This document shows, one piece after another, positions 1 through 8,998 of a DNA stretch of 64,000 bases. The notes beneath the pieces are model-generated. The model ran no database searches. It was not told the DNA's origin and saw only the letters and a program-made list of their open reading frames with translations. The DNA comes from Bacteroidota bacterium (GTDB lineage Bacteria > Bacteroidota > Bacteroidia > Flavobacteriales_F > PHOS-HE28): assembly GCA_018267055.1 (NCBI GenBank), contig JAFDZF010000120.1, positions 4,416 through 68,415 of the forward strand. The letters run 5' to 3'. Position 1 is the stretch's first letter. Every line of letters starts with the position of its first letter. Made by a program: the position numbers and the translations under genes.

Positions 1-1735
1 CCTCGACCTGGACATCGCGGTGGACATGGCCGCCCAGCGCATCACCGGAACGGCCACCTATTCGCTGAAGCGGAACGGCGGCGACAGCGTGGTGTTCGAT
101 ACCGATGGCCTGCAGATCGACAAGGTGACGCTCGGCGATGGATCCGAAGCCCCGTACGCCCTGGGCGACAGCACCTTCATGGGGCGTCCCCTGCGCGTGG
201 CGCTGCCGCCGGGCGCCGACCGGGTGACCATCGCCTACCGCACCGGCGCCCAGGCCCGCGCGCTGCAATGGCTCTCGCCGGCGCAGACCACCGACAAGCG
301 GCATCCCTTCCTGTTCACCCAGGGCGAGGCCATCCTGACCCGCTCGTGGATCCCCATCCAGGACAGCCCCGGTATCCGCCTGACCTATAACGCCCAGGTG
401 CATGTGCCGGCGGAGCTGATGGCCGTGATGAGCGCCACCAACCCCCAGGCGCGCAGCACCGATGGCCGCTACAGCTTCCGCATGGACCGGCCCATCCCGG
501 CCTACCTGATCGCCCTGGCCGTGGGCGACATCGCCTTCAAGCCCACGGGCACCCGCACCGGCGTGTACGCCGAGCGCAGCGTGGTGGACACGGCGGCATG
601 GGAGCTGGCCGATACCGAGAAGATGGTGGAGGCCGCGGAGGCGCTCTACGGCCCCTACCGGTGGGGGCGGTACGATGTGATCATCCTGCCGGCGAGCTTC
701 CCCTTCGGCGGCATGGAGAACCCCTGCCTCACCTTCGCCACGCCCACCATCCTGGCCGGCGACCGCTCGCTCACCGCCCTCATCGCCCACGAGCTGGCCC
801 ACAGCTGGAGCGGCAACCTGGTGACCAACGCCACCTGGGACGACTTCTGGCTGAACGAGGGCTTCACGGTGTACTTCGAGCACCGCATCACCGAGCGGCT
901 CTATGGGAAGGACTACAACGCGATGACCAGCCTGCTCGGCTTCCAGGACCTGCAGGCGACCATCGCCGAGATCGATTCCGGCAAGCACCCGGAGGACACC
1001 GCGCTGAAGCTCCACCTCGCGGGCCGCGACCCGGACGACGGCATGACCGATGTGGCGTACGAGAAGGGCTATGCCCTGCTGCGGCTGATCGAGAGCAAGG
1101 TGGGCCGCGAGAAGTTCGACGCGTTCCTGCGCGGCTACTTCGACCGCTTCGCCTTCCAGGGCATGACCACGGAGAAGTTCGAGGCCTACCTGCGGCAACA
1201 GCTGCTGGACCCCGCGCATGTGCAGGTGGACCTGGCCGCCTGGATCGAGAAGCCGGGCCTGCCCGCGGACGTGATCGTGCCGGTGTCGGACCGCTTCACC
1301 AAGGTGGAGGCCGAGATCAAGCGGTGGCAGGCGGGCACGCCGGCCGCCCAGCTGGCCACCCAGGGCTGGACCACCTTCGAGTGGATGCACTTCCTGCGCC
1401 ACCTGCCGGAGGGGCTCACCACGGCGCAGATGGACGAGCTGGACCGCAGCTTCCACTTCATGCGCTCGGGCAATTCCGAGATCCTGGCGGCGTGGCTGGA
1501 GCAATGCATCCGGAACGACTATTCGAAGTCCTACGAGAAGCTGGACGAGTTCCTCACCCATGTGGGGCGGCGGAAGTTCCTGATCCCGCTGTACCAGGAG
1601 CTGCTGGCCACGGAAAAGGGCCGGGCCATCGCGCAGAACATCTACAAGGCCGCGCGCCCCAACTACCACAGTGTGAGCGTGCGCACCATCGACGACATGC
1701 TGGGCTGGCAGGCCTCCTCGGAGATGTCGTTCTAA
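1..1735 (+). CDS. M1-family zinc aminopeptidase, leukotriene-A4-hydrolase-like; N-terminus lies outside the window
   Basis: The frame of ORF 20..1735 stays open back to nt 2 (LDLDIAVDM...), so the gene is 5' partial. It has the GGMEN exopeptidase motif, a HELAH-x18-E zinc site and an LTA4H-type C-terminal helical region. Confidence 0.9.
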   Translation, partial: LDLDIAVDMAAQRITGTATYSLKRNGGDSVVFDTDGLQIDKVTLGDGSEAPYALGDSTFMGRPLRVALPPGADRVTIAYRTGAQARALQWLSPAQTTDKRHPFLFTQGEAILTRSWIPIQDSPGIRLTYNAQVHVPAELMAVMSATNPQARSTDGRYSFRMDRPIPAYLIALAVGDIAFKPTGTRTGVYAERSVVDTAAWELADTEKMVEAAEALYGPYRWGRYDVIILPASFPFGGMENPCLTFATPTILAGDRSLTALIAHELAHSWSGNLVTNATWDDFWLNEGFTVYFEHRITERLYGKDYNAMTSLLGFQDLQATIAEIDSGKHPEDTALKLHLAGRDPDDGMTDVAYEKGYALLRLIESKVGREKFDAFLRGYFDRFAFQGMTTEKFEAYLRQQLLDPAHVQVDLAAWIEKPGLPADVIVPVSDRFTKVEAEIKRWQAGTPAAQLATQGWTTFEWMHFLRHLPEGLTTAQMDELDRSFHFMRSGNSEILAAWLEQCIRNDYSKSYEKLDEFLTHVGRRKFLIPLYQELLATEKGRAIAQNIYKAARPNYHSVSVRTIDDMLGWQASSEMSF

Positions 1736-1751
1736 CCGGACGGTCCCGCGC

Positions 1752-2390
1752 TCACGGCGCGATGAGCCGCTGGAGCGTCAGCTTGTCCAGCTCGTGCCCG
1801 CCGTGGAACCGGTGCACGGCATGGGCCACACCGGCCTCGCGCAGGCGCGCTTCGTTGCGGGCCAGCGCGGCGGCGTCCACCACGGGGTCCTGCTCGCCGT
1901 GCACCAGGTCGATGTGCGTGCCCGCCCAGCGTTCCGCCAGTTCGTCCGCGCTTGGTTCCGGCGGCATGGTGCCGCCCCAGAGCACAAGGCGCTCGAACCC
2001 GGTGCGCCCCAGCACCGCCCAGCGGCAGGCCGTGGCCACGCCCTGGGAGAAGCCCAGCACGGAGACCATGCGCGGTCCGCCGCACTGTTCCAGCAGCCGC
2101 TCCACCAGGCGGTCGAGGTAGTGCACCTGGTCGGCGATCTCGTGGTCGCGGTCCTCCCGGGTCATCCAGGTGGCGCCCACGCGGGAATGCTCGGCATCCA
2201 GGTAGTAGCGCGAGAGGCCTTCCGGCGCGGCGATCAAGCGGCCTTCGGCCAGGCCCTCGAACGGCCGGAGGAAGAAGCGGGCGAGCTGGCCGTAGCCGTG
2301 CAGCACCACCCAGATATGCCGGGCCGTGGCGGGGTCGCCGATGGTGTGGTAGCGGGCGGTGCGTTGGACCGGGAGGTGGTGCTCTTCCAT
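1752..2390 (-). CDS. alpha/beta hydrolase, phospholipase/carboxylesterase family
   Basis: VVLHGYG oxyanion region, GFSQG nucleophile elbow, and distal GEQD / HGGHE acid-His region. The track ORF begins at a TTG (2396); the first ATG is at 2390. Confidence 0.75.
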   Translation of the reverse strand: MEEHHLPVQRTARYHTIGDPATARHIWVVLHGYGQLARFFLRPFEGLAEGRLIAAPEGLSRYYLDAEHSRVGATWMTREDRDHEIADQVHYLDRLVERLLEQCGGPRMVSVLGFSQGVATACRWAVLGRTGFERLVLWGGTMPPEPSADELAERWAGTHIDLVHGEQDPVVDAAALARNEARLREAGVAHAVHRFHGGHELDKLTLQRLIAP

Positions 2391-2466
2391 GCACAAGGGC
2401 CATGGCGGGCGTGATGCCCGTCCATGGCCCCGGTGAAAGTAGCGCTCCGCGTCCAGCGGCCCGGGA

Positions 2467-3279
2467 TCACCGGACCAGCGCCACGCGCTGCGTGTCCACC
2501 ACGCGTCCGTCGGCCGTCACGCGCAGCAGGTACTGGCCGTTCGCCAGCGCGCCCAGGTCCAGCGTATGGTCCGCTCCGGGGCGCAGGGCCGTGGTGAGGC
2601 CGGGCACCGGCTGTCCCAGCGGATCGAACACGGCCACTTCCAGGCGCTGGGCGCCGGGACCGCTGTAGTTCACGGTAACGGGACCGTCGGTCAGCGTGGG
2701 GCGCACCGCGAGGGCGGCCGCCCGGGCGTGCTCATCGATGCCCACCGCGCACGCCTGCGCCGTGATGCCCGATCCTTGCGGGAAGGCGTTCACGAAGGTG
2801 GACATGCCGGTGAGCGGCCAGATGTCGTTCACGATCATCTGCCGGCCGGGACCGATGAGGCAGAAGGTGGGGAAGGCGGGGATGCCGTATTCGTCCACCA
2901 GGCCGTTGCCGGTGGCGCTGCCGATCACCGGCGGATGCGCGAAGCCCGGCGCGAAGTCCACCGAGAAGGCCTCCGCGTCCGTGTCGGGATCGCCGTAGTT
3001 CACCTCGATGCAGATGAGGTCGCCGCCATTGCAGCCATAGGTCTGGTACAGCTCGCTGTAATAGGGAGCATTGGCCTGGCAGGGGCCGCAGTCGTAGAAG
3101 AAGAAATCCAGGAGCACGTACTTGCCCGCGGCGCTGTACGCGTCGAGGTCGTGCACGGTGCCTTGGAGGTCCGTGATGGTGAAGTTGGCGACGGTGCTGC
3201 CGTTGGGATAGTTCTGCGCCTGGGCGAGGAGCAGCGTGGCGGAAAGAGCGGAGGATAAGGTGAGTAATGCTTTGATCAT
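2467..3279 (-). CDS. T9SS-sorted thioredoxin-fold protein (TlpA/redoxin-like, CGPC active site)
   Basis: Only the last 270 codons of the 1045-aa track ORF look like protein. They contain the signal peptide MIKALLTLSSALSATLLLAQA, FYDCGPCQ in a redoxin-like core, and a C-terminal sorting domain ending GQYLLRVTADGRVVDTQRVALVR. The ATG is verified as 'cat' at 3277-3279. Confidence 0.8.
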   Translation of the reverse strand: MIKALLTLSSALSATLLLAQAQNYPNGSTVANFTITDLQGTVHDLDAYSAAGKYVLLDFFFYDCGPCQANAPYYSELYQTYGCNGGDLICIEVNYGDPDTDAEAFSVDFAPGFAHPPVIGSATGNGLVDEYGIPAFPTFCLIGPGRQMIVNDIWPLTGMSTFVNAFPQGSGITAQACAVGIDEHARAAALAVRPTLTDGPVTVNYSGPGAQRLEVAVFDPLGQPVPGLTTALRPGADHTLDLGALANGQYLLRVTADGRVVDTQRVALVR

Positions 3280-3365
3280 GGCAGAGGGTATCGGTACCCT
3301 GAAAAGTAGCCGGCCGCTCCCGGGCGGCGGCTCCCTTGTGGGCCGATCCTCGGAAGGCCAGCGGC

Positions 3366-5477
3366 TCAGTAGCCGAGCAAGGCCCGCAGGGCCTCGGCCA
3401 CCTTCTCGGCGTTGGGGATCATCTCGGCTTCCAGCGTGGAGTTGAGCGGGATGGCCGGCATGTCCACCGAGCCGACGCAGCGCACCGGTGCGTCGAGGTG
3501 CTCGAAGCAGGCGGCATTGATCCGTCCGGCGAGCGCCTCGGCGAAGGAGTTCGTCCGTTGCTCCTCCGTCACCACCAGGCAGCGGCCGTGCGCGCGCACC
3601 GCGGCCATCACGGTGTCCTCGTCCAGCGGCACCAGTGTGCGCAGGTCGATGATGGTGACCCGGCCGGGGAAGGCCTGCGCCGCGGCGGTGGCCCAATACA
3701 CGCCCATGCCGTAGGTGACGATGGTGGCCGCCGTCCCGGCCGCGAGGGCCTGGGTATCGGCCTGCTGCACGATGCGCGCCTTGCCGAAGGGGATGATGTA
3801 GTCCGGCGAGGGCTCGATGCTCTTGGCGTCCTCCGTGCCCTTGATCTTGCTCCAGTAAAGGCCCTTGTGCTCCAGCATCACCACGGGGTTCGGGTCGTGG
3901 TAGGCGGCTTTCATCAGGCCCTTGAGGTCCGCGCCCGTGGAGGGGTAGGCCACCTTGATGCCCTTGATGTTGCACAGGACGCTCTCCACGCTGCTGCTGT
4001 GGTAGGGACCGCCGCTGCCGTATGCGCCGATGGGCACGCGGATGATGCAGCTCACGGGCCACTTGCCCACGGTGAGGTAACAGCTGCGCGCCACTTCGGT
4101 GAAGAGCTGGTTGAGCCCCGGCCAGATGTAATCGGCGAACTGCACCTCCACGATCGGCTTGAGGCCGGCGGCGCTCATGCCCGCCGTGCTGCCGATGATG
4201 AAGGCCTCCTGGATCGGGGTGTTGAACACGCGGTGGTCGCCGAAGTCGCGCGCCAGGGTGGCCGCCTCGCGGAACACGCCCCCGAGGCGCGCGCCCACGT
4301 CCTGGCCGTAGAGCAGGCAGTTCGGGTCCTCCTGCATCAGCTCGCGGATGGCGAAGAGCGCACAATCCACCATCACGGTCGGCTCCCGGTCCTTGGGGGC
4401 GCGCTCGCCGCGCTCCTCGGTGACGGGCGTGGGCGCGAAGAGGTGCGTGACGAGGTCCTCCGGCCGCGGGTCCTCGGCGTTGCGCGCCTGTTCGAAGTCG
4501 GCCTTCACCGTGGCGATGGCCTTGCGCTCGAGCTCCTTCAACCCCTGGTGCTGCACGCCGAGGTCGAGCAGCTGCTGGAAGAACTTCGGCTGGGGATCGC
4601 GCTTGCGATGCTCCTCCAGGTCCTTCGGGCTGCGGTAGAACTCCATGCGCACCCCGCTGGTGTGGTGGTTGAGCAGGGGCACCTTCGCGTGCACCAGGAA
4701 CGGGCGCCGTTCCTTCCGCACGGTGGCGATCACCTCGTGGAGCGCCTCGTAGCAGGCCGGAAGGTCCGTGCCGTCGAGGGTGCGCACTTCCAGCCCCTTG
4801 AAGCCTTTGGCGTACTGGGTGGCGTCGCCCGCGCGCACTTCGGCCGCGCTGGCGCTGATGTCCCATTCGTTGTCCTGCACCAGGTAGATGATGGGCAGCT
4901 GCTTGAGCACCGCCATCTGCAGGGCCTCGGCCACTTCGCCTTCGGTGATGGACGCATCGCCCAGCGAGCACACCGCGATGGGCTTCGCGGTGTCGGCGGC
5001 CCCGTTCAGGTCGTGCGCGATGCCCGCCTGCTCCTTGTACTTCAGGCCCAGGGCGATGCCCGTGGTGGGGATGGCCTGCATGCCGGTGGCGCTGCTCTGG
5101 TGCGGGATCCGGGGCATGCCCGTGCGGCGCAGGCTGGGATGGCAATAGTAGCTGCGGCCACCGCTGAAGGGGTCGTCGCGCTTGGCCATCAGCTGCAGCA
5201 TCAGTTCGTAAGGGCGCATGCCGATGCCGAGGAGGATGCTGTCGTCGCGGTAGTAGGGCGCCACGTAGTCCTGCGGCTTCAGCTGCAGGCCCAGGGCGAG
5301 CTGGACGGCTTCGTGCCCGCGCGAGGTGGCGTGCACGTACTTGCTGGTGAATTTGAAGTGCTCCTCGTAGATGTCGGTCATCGCCTTGGCGGTGCACATC
5401 AGCTCCCAGGCCTTCAGGAGGGTGTCGTGGCCGAGGATGGCTTCCTGCTGGGCGGTGCGGCTGGTGACGGCGGGCAT
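3366..5477 (-). CDS. 2-oxoacid (branched-chain/pyruvate type) dehydrogenase E1 component, fused alpha+beta subunits, TPP-dependent
   Basis: 703 aa. The N-terminal half resembles an E1-alpha TPP-binding region (GDASITEGEVAEALQMA...YLVQDNEWDIS). The C-terminal half resembles an E1-beta/transketolase-like region (VFNTPIQEAFIIGSTAGMSAAGLKPIVEVQFADYI). Confidence 0.9.
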   Translation of the reverse strand: MPAVTSRTAQQEAILGHDTLLKAWELMCTAKAMTDIYEEHFKFTSKYVHATSRGHEAVQLALGLQLKPQDYVAPYYRDDSILLGIGMRPYELMLQLMAKRDDPFSGGRSYYCHPSLRRTGMPRIPHQSSATGMQAIPTTGIALGLKYKEQAGIAHDLNGAADTAKPIAVCSLGDASITEGEVAEALQMAVLKQLPIIYLVQDNEWDISASAAEVRAGDATQYAKGFKGLEVRTLDGTDLPACYEALHEVIATVRKERRPFLVHAKVPLLNHHTSGVRMEFYRSPKDLEEHRKRDPQPKFFQQLLDLGVQHQGLKELERKAIATVKADFEQARNAEDPRPEDLVTHLFAPTPVTEERGERAPKDREPTVMVDCALFAIRELMQEDPNCLLYGQDVGARLGGVFREAATLARDFGDHRVFNTPIQEAFIIGSTAGMSAAGLKPIVEVQFADYIWPGLNQLFTEVARSCYLTVGKWPVSCIIRVPIGAYGSGGPYHSSSVESVLCNIKGIKVAYPSTGADLKGLMKAAYHDPNPVVMLEHKGLYWSKIKGTEDAKSIEPSPDYIIPFGKARIVQQADTQALAAGTAATIVTYGMGVYWATAAAQAFPGRVTIIDLRTLVPLDEDTVMAAVRAHGRCLVVTEEQRTNSFAEALAGRINAACFEHLDAPVRCVGSVDMPAIPLNSTLEAEMIPNAEKVAEALRALLGY

Positions 5478-5504
5478 GTGCGGTGTAACGATCTACAAGG
5501 GCGG

Positions 5505-5512
5505 CCAAATTA
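5505..5512 (-). promoter_or_regulatory. -7 box TAATTTGG (revcomp of CCAAATTA) for the E1 dehydrogenase gene
   Basis: Matches the Bacteroidota TAnnTTTG consensus. It lies 27 nt upstream of the ATG at 5477. Confidence 0.5.
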
Positions 5513-5549
5513 CGGCTTGAGCGGTGGCGCGCAGGGAACGCTTCGCCGA

Positions 5550-5557
5550 TAGTTTTG
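5550..5557 (+). promoter_or_regulatory. -7 box TAGTTTTG for the TIGR00266-family gene
   Basis: Perfect TAnnTTTG, 55 nt upstream of the ATG at 5613. It is the divergent partner of the 5505-5512 box. Confidence 0.55.
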
Positions 5558-5612
5558 CCACCGTTCCGCCAGCCCGCAGCCGGGAGCGGACAATACCCAA
5601 CCACCGACCGAC

Positions 5613-6413
5613 ATGGAACGCATTTCGCACGAGATCGATCACCGCATCCTGGGTGACGACATCCAATGCGTGGAGATCACGCTGGACCCCCAAGAGACGG
5701 TGATCGCCGAGGCCGGCAGCCTGATGATGATGGACGACGGCATCGCCATGCAGACCATCTTCGGCGACGGCCGCGGGCAGACCCAGAGCTTCCTGGACAA
5801 GATGCTGAGCGCCGGCAAGCGCGTGCTCACCGGGGAAAGCCTCTTCATGACCACCTACACCAACCAGGCCTCGGTCCGGCGCACGGTGTGGTTCGCTGCG
5901 CCGTTCCCGGGGAAGATCCTGCCGCTGGACCTGCGCAACTACGGCCAGCGCCTCATCCTCCAGAAGGATTCGTTCCTCTGCGCGGCCAAGGGCGTGAGCA
6001 TCGGCATCGAGTTCAACAAGAAGATCGGGACGGGCCTCTTCGGCGGTGAAGGCTTCATCATGCAGCGCCTCGATGGCGACGGCATGGTGTACGTGAACGC
6101 CGGCGGCATGCTGGTGCAGCGCGACCTGGCCGCGGGCGAGACGCTCCGCATCGACACCGGCTGCCTGGTGGGCATGACGGTGGGGGTGGAGTACGACATC
6201 CAGTTCGTGGGCGGCATCAAGAACACGCTGTTCGGCGGGGAGGGGCTCTTCTTCGCCACGCTGCGCGGACCCGGCCACGTGTGGATCCAATCGCTGCCCT
6301 TCAGCCGCCTGGCGGACAACATCGTCGCCGCCGCACCGAAGGCCGGTGGGCGCGGGCGTGAGGAAGGCAGCATCCTCGGCGGCCTGGGCCGCTTGCTGGA
6401 CGGGGACAATTGA
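5613..6413 (+). CDS. TIGR00266 / AIM24 (DUF124) family protein
   Basis: 266 aa with the family-typical pattern: ...ITLDPQETVIAEAGSLMMMD..., GESLFMTTY, GGEGFIMQRLDGDGMVYVNAGG, GGEGLFFATLRGPGHVWIQSLP. Confidence 0.8.
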   Translation: MERISHEIDHRILGDDIQCVEITLDPQETVIAEAGSLMMMDDGIAMQTIFGDGRGQTQSFLDKMLSAGKRVLTGESLFMTTYTNQASVRRTVWFAAPFPGKILPLDLRNYGQRLILQKDSFLCAAKGVSIGIEFNKKIGTGLFGGEGFIMQRLDGDGMVYVNAGGMLVQRDLAAGETLRIDTGCLVGMTVGVEYDIQFVGGIKNTLFGGEGLFFATLRGPGHVWIQSLPFSRLADNIVAAAPKAGGRGREEGSILGGLGRLLDGDN

Positions 6414-6476
6414 ACCAAGAGCAACAGGCAGGAGCAGGTGGCAACGATGCCTACTGCCCCTGCCTATTGTGCCTGC

Positions 6477-6830
6477 CTACTGCTCCTTGCGTTCCCCGCC
6501 GTCGATCGCCAGCAGGGCCGACTGTACCGCCCACATCACCACGCTGAAGGCGAGGGCCCACCAGAAACCGTTCACGGTGAAGCCGGGGACGATGCGGGCG
6601 GCCAGCAGCACCATGCCGGCATTGATCACCAGCAGGAACAGGCCCAGCGTGACCACGGTCACCGGCAGGGTGAGCAGGATCAGCAGCGGGCGCACGAAGG
6701 CGTTGAGCAGCCCCAGCACCACGGCCACGAGCAGGCCGGTCTTGAGGTCCGGCGCGTTGACCCCGCTGAGCAGGAGGTCGGCCACCAGCACGGCGATGGT
6801 GGAGAGCAGGATGCGGACGAGCAGCTTCAT
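6477..6830 (-). CDS. small 4-TM membrane protein, phage-holin-4_2 (DUF360)-like
   Basis: Starts at ATG 6830 (MKLLVRILLSTIAVLVADLLL...). It is very hydrophobic (about 117 aa) with a VTVVTLGLFLLVINAGMVLLAARIVPGFTVNGFWWALAFS pattern typical of this family. Confidence 0.65.
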   Translation of the reverse strand: MKLLVRILLSTIAVLVADLLLSGVNAPDLKTGLLVAVVLGLLNAFVRPLLILLTLPVTVVTLGLFLLVINAGMVLLAARIVPGFTVNGFWWALAFSVVMWAVQSALLAIDGGERKEQ

Positions 6831-6883
6831 GCCCGTCAAAGATCGGCAAAGCGGGGGATCGGCCGGTCCGTCACCCGCTGCGG

Positions 6884-8452
6884 TCACTTCTTGATGAGCT
6901 TCCGGCTTTGGGTGCGGCCGTTCTGGGCGATCACCACGTAGTAGGTGCCCGTGGCCCGGTCGCTCAGGTCGAGGGTGCGGTCGTAGTTGCCCTTGAAGCC
7001 GGAGATGACCTCGTGGTATACGCGCTCGCCGGTGGCGTCGTGCACGTCCACGCTCAGGTCGCCGCGCTCGGGCACCGTGAAGATCAGGTGGAAGGAGCCT
7101 TCGCTGGGGTTGGGGAAGCAGCGGAGGTCGTTCAGCTGCAGTTGCACGTCGAGGTTGGCCACGCCCTTGCCCTTCAGCACGGCGGTCTCCGTGGGGGACA
7201 GCTCGATCGTGTTGATGTTCACCCGCATCTCCCGGGTGACGTTGCCGCGCAGCTCCTGGCGCAGGCGGTCCATCTCCGAGCGGATCTCGTCCATCTGGGC
7301 GCGCATCTCGTCCGCCCGGGCCCGGGCCTCATCGGCCATCGCGCGCCGCCGGGCATCGTCGAAGGACGGGGCGAGCGGCGCCATGGGTGCGGCCGGCGGC
7401 ATCGGGGGCACCGTGCCGTTCCAGTTCCATGCGTTCACGGTGCGCTTGCCCAGGGTGCCGTGGAGGGTCAGGTCCTGGCCGCCGCGCTGCAGCTCCACGT
7501 CCATGTCCTCCCCGGGGGCCATGCCGGTGACGGTCTCCGCCAGGTCGTTGAAATCGTTCAGTGCCGTGCCGTTGATGCGGCGGATCAGGTCGCCTTCCCG
7601 CACGCCCATGGCCTCGGCCGAGCTGCCCTTCACCACTTCGCCGATGCGCGCGCCCGGCTTCTCATCGTCCGATGGGCCGCCGATCACGCCGAAGAACCCT
7701 TGTTCCTCGGGGATCGCGGCATCGCCGAAATAAGCCTCCCAATCGGGCCCGCCGTCGTTGCCGCTCCAGTTCCAGCGCGAGACGTTGCGGGTCTCTTCGC
7801 GCCAGCCCAGGACGGCCTTGGCCGTCCGCTTCTGCTTGCCGCGGTAGTAGGTGATCTTCACTTCGCTCCCGGGCCCCTGGTCGTTGATGGCGTCCACCAG
7901 GTCCTGCCCGCTGGTGATCTTCCGGTCGTCGAACACCACCACCACGTCGCCTTCCTCCAGGCCGGCGGCCTCCGCGGACGAGCCATCGATCACCCCGGAG
8001 ATGTAGGCGCCCGTCTTCACCGGGGGCTGGTCCTTCTTCTGCTTGTCGTTGCAGGTGCTCCAGTCCGCATAGTTGACGCCCAGGTAGGCCTTCTGCTCGG
8101 GCTCCTCGCCGTCCATCGGATCGGGGGCGTCCTCGGGCATCGTCAGGGCCAGGCTCATGTCGTTCAGCAGGCCGCCCTCGTTCATGCGGCGCAGGTCCAG
8201 CACCAGGTTCTCGCCGTCGCCGATGGTGCTCAGCTCATCGATCACCCCCAGCTCGCGCAGGGCATCGTGCAGCTCGGCGTCGTTGTTCAGGTCGAACTCG
8301 CGGGTGATGTGGCTGGTCTTGCCGTTCTCGTTCTTGGTGATCTCGATCCGCACGCGGCGCTCGCCCTCTTCGTCCTCCTGGGCGGAGACGGCGGTGCCGA
8401 GGCCTGCGAGCAGCAGGGCGCTGAGCCCGCGGGCGAGGAAATGCTTGTCCAT
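6884..8452 (-). CDS. secreted tandem-PDZ protein with T9SS C-terminal sorting domain
   Basis: Signal peptide MDKHFLARGLSALLLAGLGTAVSAQ. Two PDZ-like segments (GAYISGVIDGSSAEAAGLEEGDVVVVFDD..., GARIGEVVKGSSAEAMGVREGDLIRRINGT...). A charged coiled segment, then the CTD (FPNPSEGSFHLIF...GTYYVVIAQNGRTQSRKLIKK). No protease domain is seen. Confidence 0.75.
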   Translation of the reverse strand: MDKHFLARGLSALLLAGLGTAVSAQEDEEGERRVRIEITKNENGKTSHITREFDLNNDAELHDALRELGVIDELSTIGDGENLVLDLRRMNEGGLLNDMSLALTMPEDAPDPMDGEEPEQKAYLGVNYADWSTCNDKQKKDQPPVKTGAYISGVIDGSSAEAAGLEEGDVVVVFDDRKITSGQDLVDAINDQGPGSEVKITYYRGKQKRTAKAVLGWREETRNVSRWNWSGNDGGPDWEAYFGDAAIPEEQGFFGVIGGPSDDEKPGARIGEVVKGSSAEAMGVREGDLIRRINGTALNDFNDLAETVTGMAPGEDMDVELQRGGQDLTLHGTLGKRTVNAWNWNGTVPPMPPAAPMAPLAPSFDDARRRAMADEARARADEMRAQMDEIRSEMDRLRQELRGNVTREMRVNINTIELSPTETAVLKGKGVANLDVQLQLNDLRCFPNPSEGSFHLIFTVPERGDLSVDVHDATGERVYHEVISGFKGNYDRTLDLSDRATGTYYVVIAQNGRTQSRKLIKK

Positions 8453-8539
8453 GGGGAGCCGTTGTCTGATGCGGACGAAACTACCGGGGTGCCCGGGGCG
8501 GTCGCTGTTAAGGAACGCTAAATGGTGTTAACCGTTCCT

Positions 8540-8905
8540 TCACCCGTCCGTGAAGCGGGACAGGTCGCGCCGATCGCGCTTGGTGGGCCGGCCCGCGCCG
8601 GGGTCGCGCTGCGCGGCCCGCACCTTGCGCGCCACCTCCTGCTTCTCCAGGTCCTCCCAGGGCGTGCGGTCCTCCAGCAGGTCGGGCACCAGCTTGGCCC
8701 CCACCCGCGAGGCGGGAACGGCCTTCACGGCGAAGACCCGCCAGATGGGCGGTTGCCGCACGCCGATCACGTCCCCGGGCTTCACGGTGGCGCTGGCCTT
8801 CGCTTCGCGGCCGCCCAGCAGCACGCGCCCCTTCGCGCAGGCCTCCGCGGCCGCGCTGCGGGTAGGGCAGAGGCGGACGCACCACAGGAACTTGTCGAGG
8901 CGCAT
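8540..8905 (-). CDS. S4-domain RNA-binding protein (Hsp15/HslR-like)
   Basis: MRLDKFLWCVRLCPTRSAAAEACAKGRVLLGG...VKPGDVIGV is a classic S4 motif. The ATG at 8905 was verified. The longer track ORF upstream is GC-shadow sequence. Confidence 0.8.
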   Translation of the reverse strand: MRLDKFLWCVRLCPTRSAAAEACAKGRVLLGGREAKASATVKPGDVIGVRQPPIWRVFAVKAVPASRVGAKLVPDLLEDRTPWEDLEKQEVARKVRAAQRDPGAGRPTKRDRRDLSRFTDG

Positions 8906-8979
8906 GGAGGAGGCCGGTGTGCCCATCGGCCGCAAAGGTCGCGCGAACGCCGTCTGGAGGGGTGCGGTCCCGGTGGCGG

Positions 8980-8987
8980 TAGCTTTG
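8980..8987 (+). promoter_or_regulatory. -7 box TAGCTTTG for the AraC-family gene
   Basis: Perfect TAnnTTTG, 11 nt upstream of the ATG at 8999. Confidence 0.5.
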
Positions 8988-8998
8988 CAGCGGACCAC

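Noticed and set aside
2467-5604. A 1045-aa minus-strand ORF that would span the thioredoxin-like gene and the whole E1 dehydrogenase region
   Set aside because: Only its last 270 codons (from ATG 3279) look like protein. The upstream ~775 codons are Arg/Gly/Pro/His-rich shadow sequence out of frame with the well-supported E1 gene (3366-5477) on the same strand.
6414-6476. An imperfect inverted repeat (CAACAGGCAGG ... CCTGCCTATTG) and a duplicated GCCTACTGC between convergent genes
   Set aside because: The stem has a mismatch and a 26-nt loop, so this is probably just a weak bidirectional terminator. It is not distinctive enough to report as a feature.
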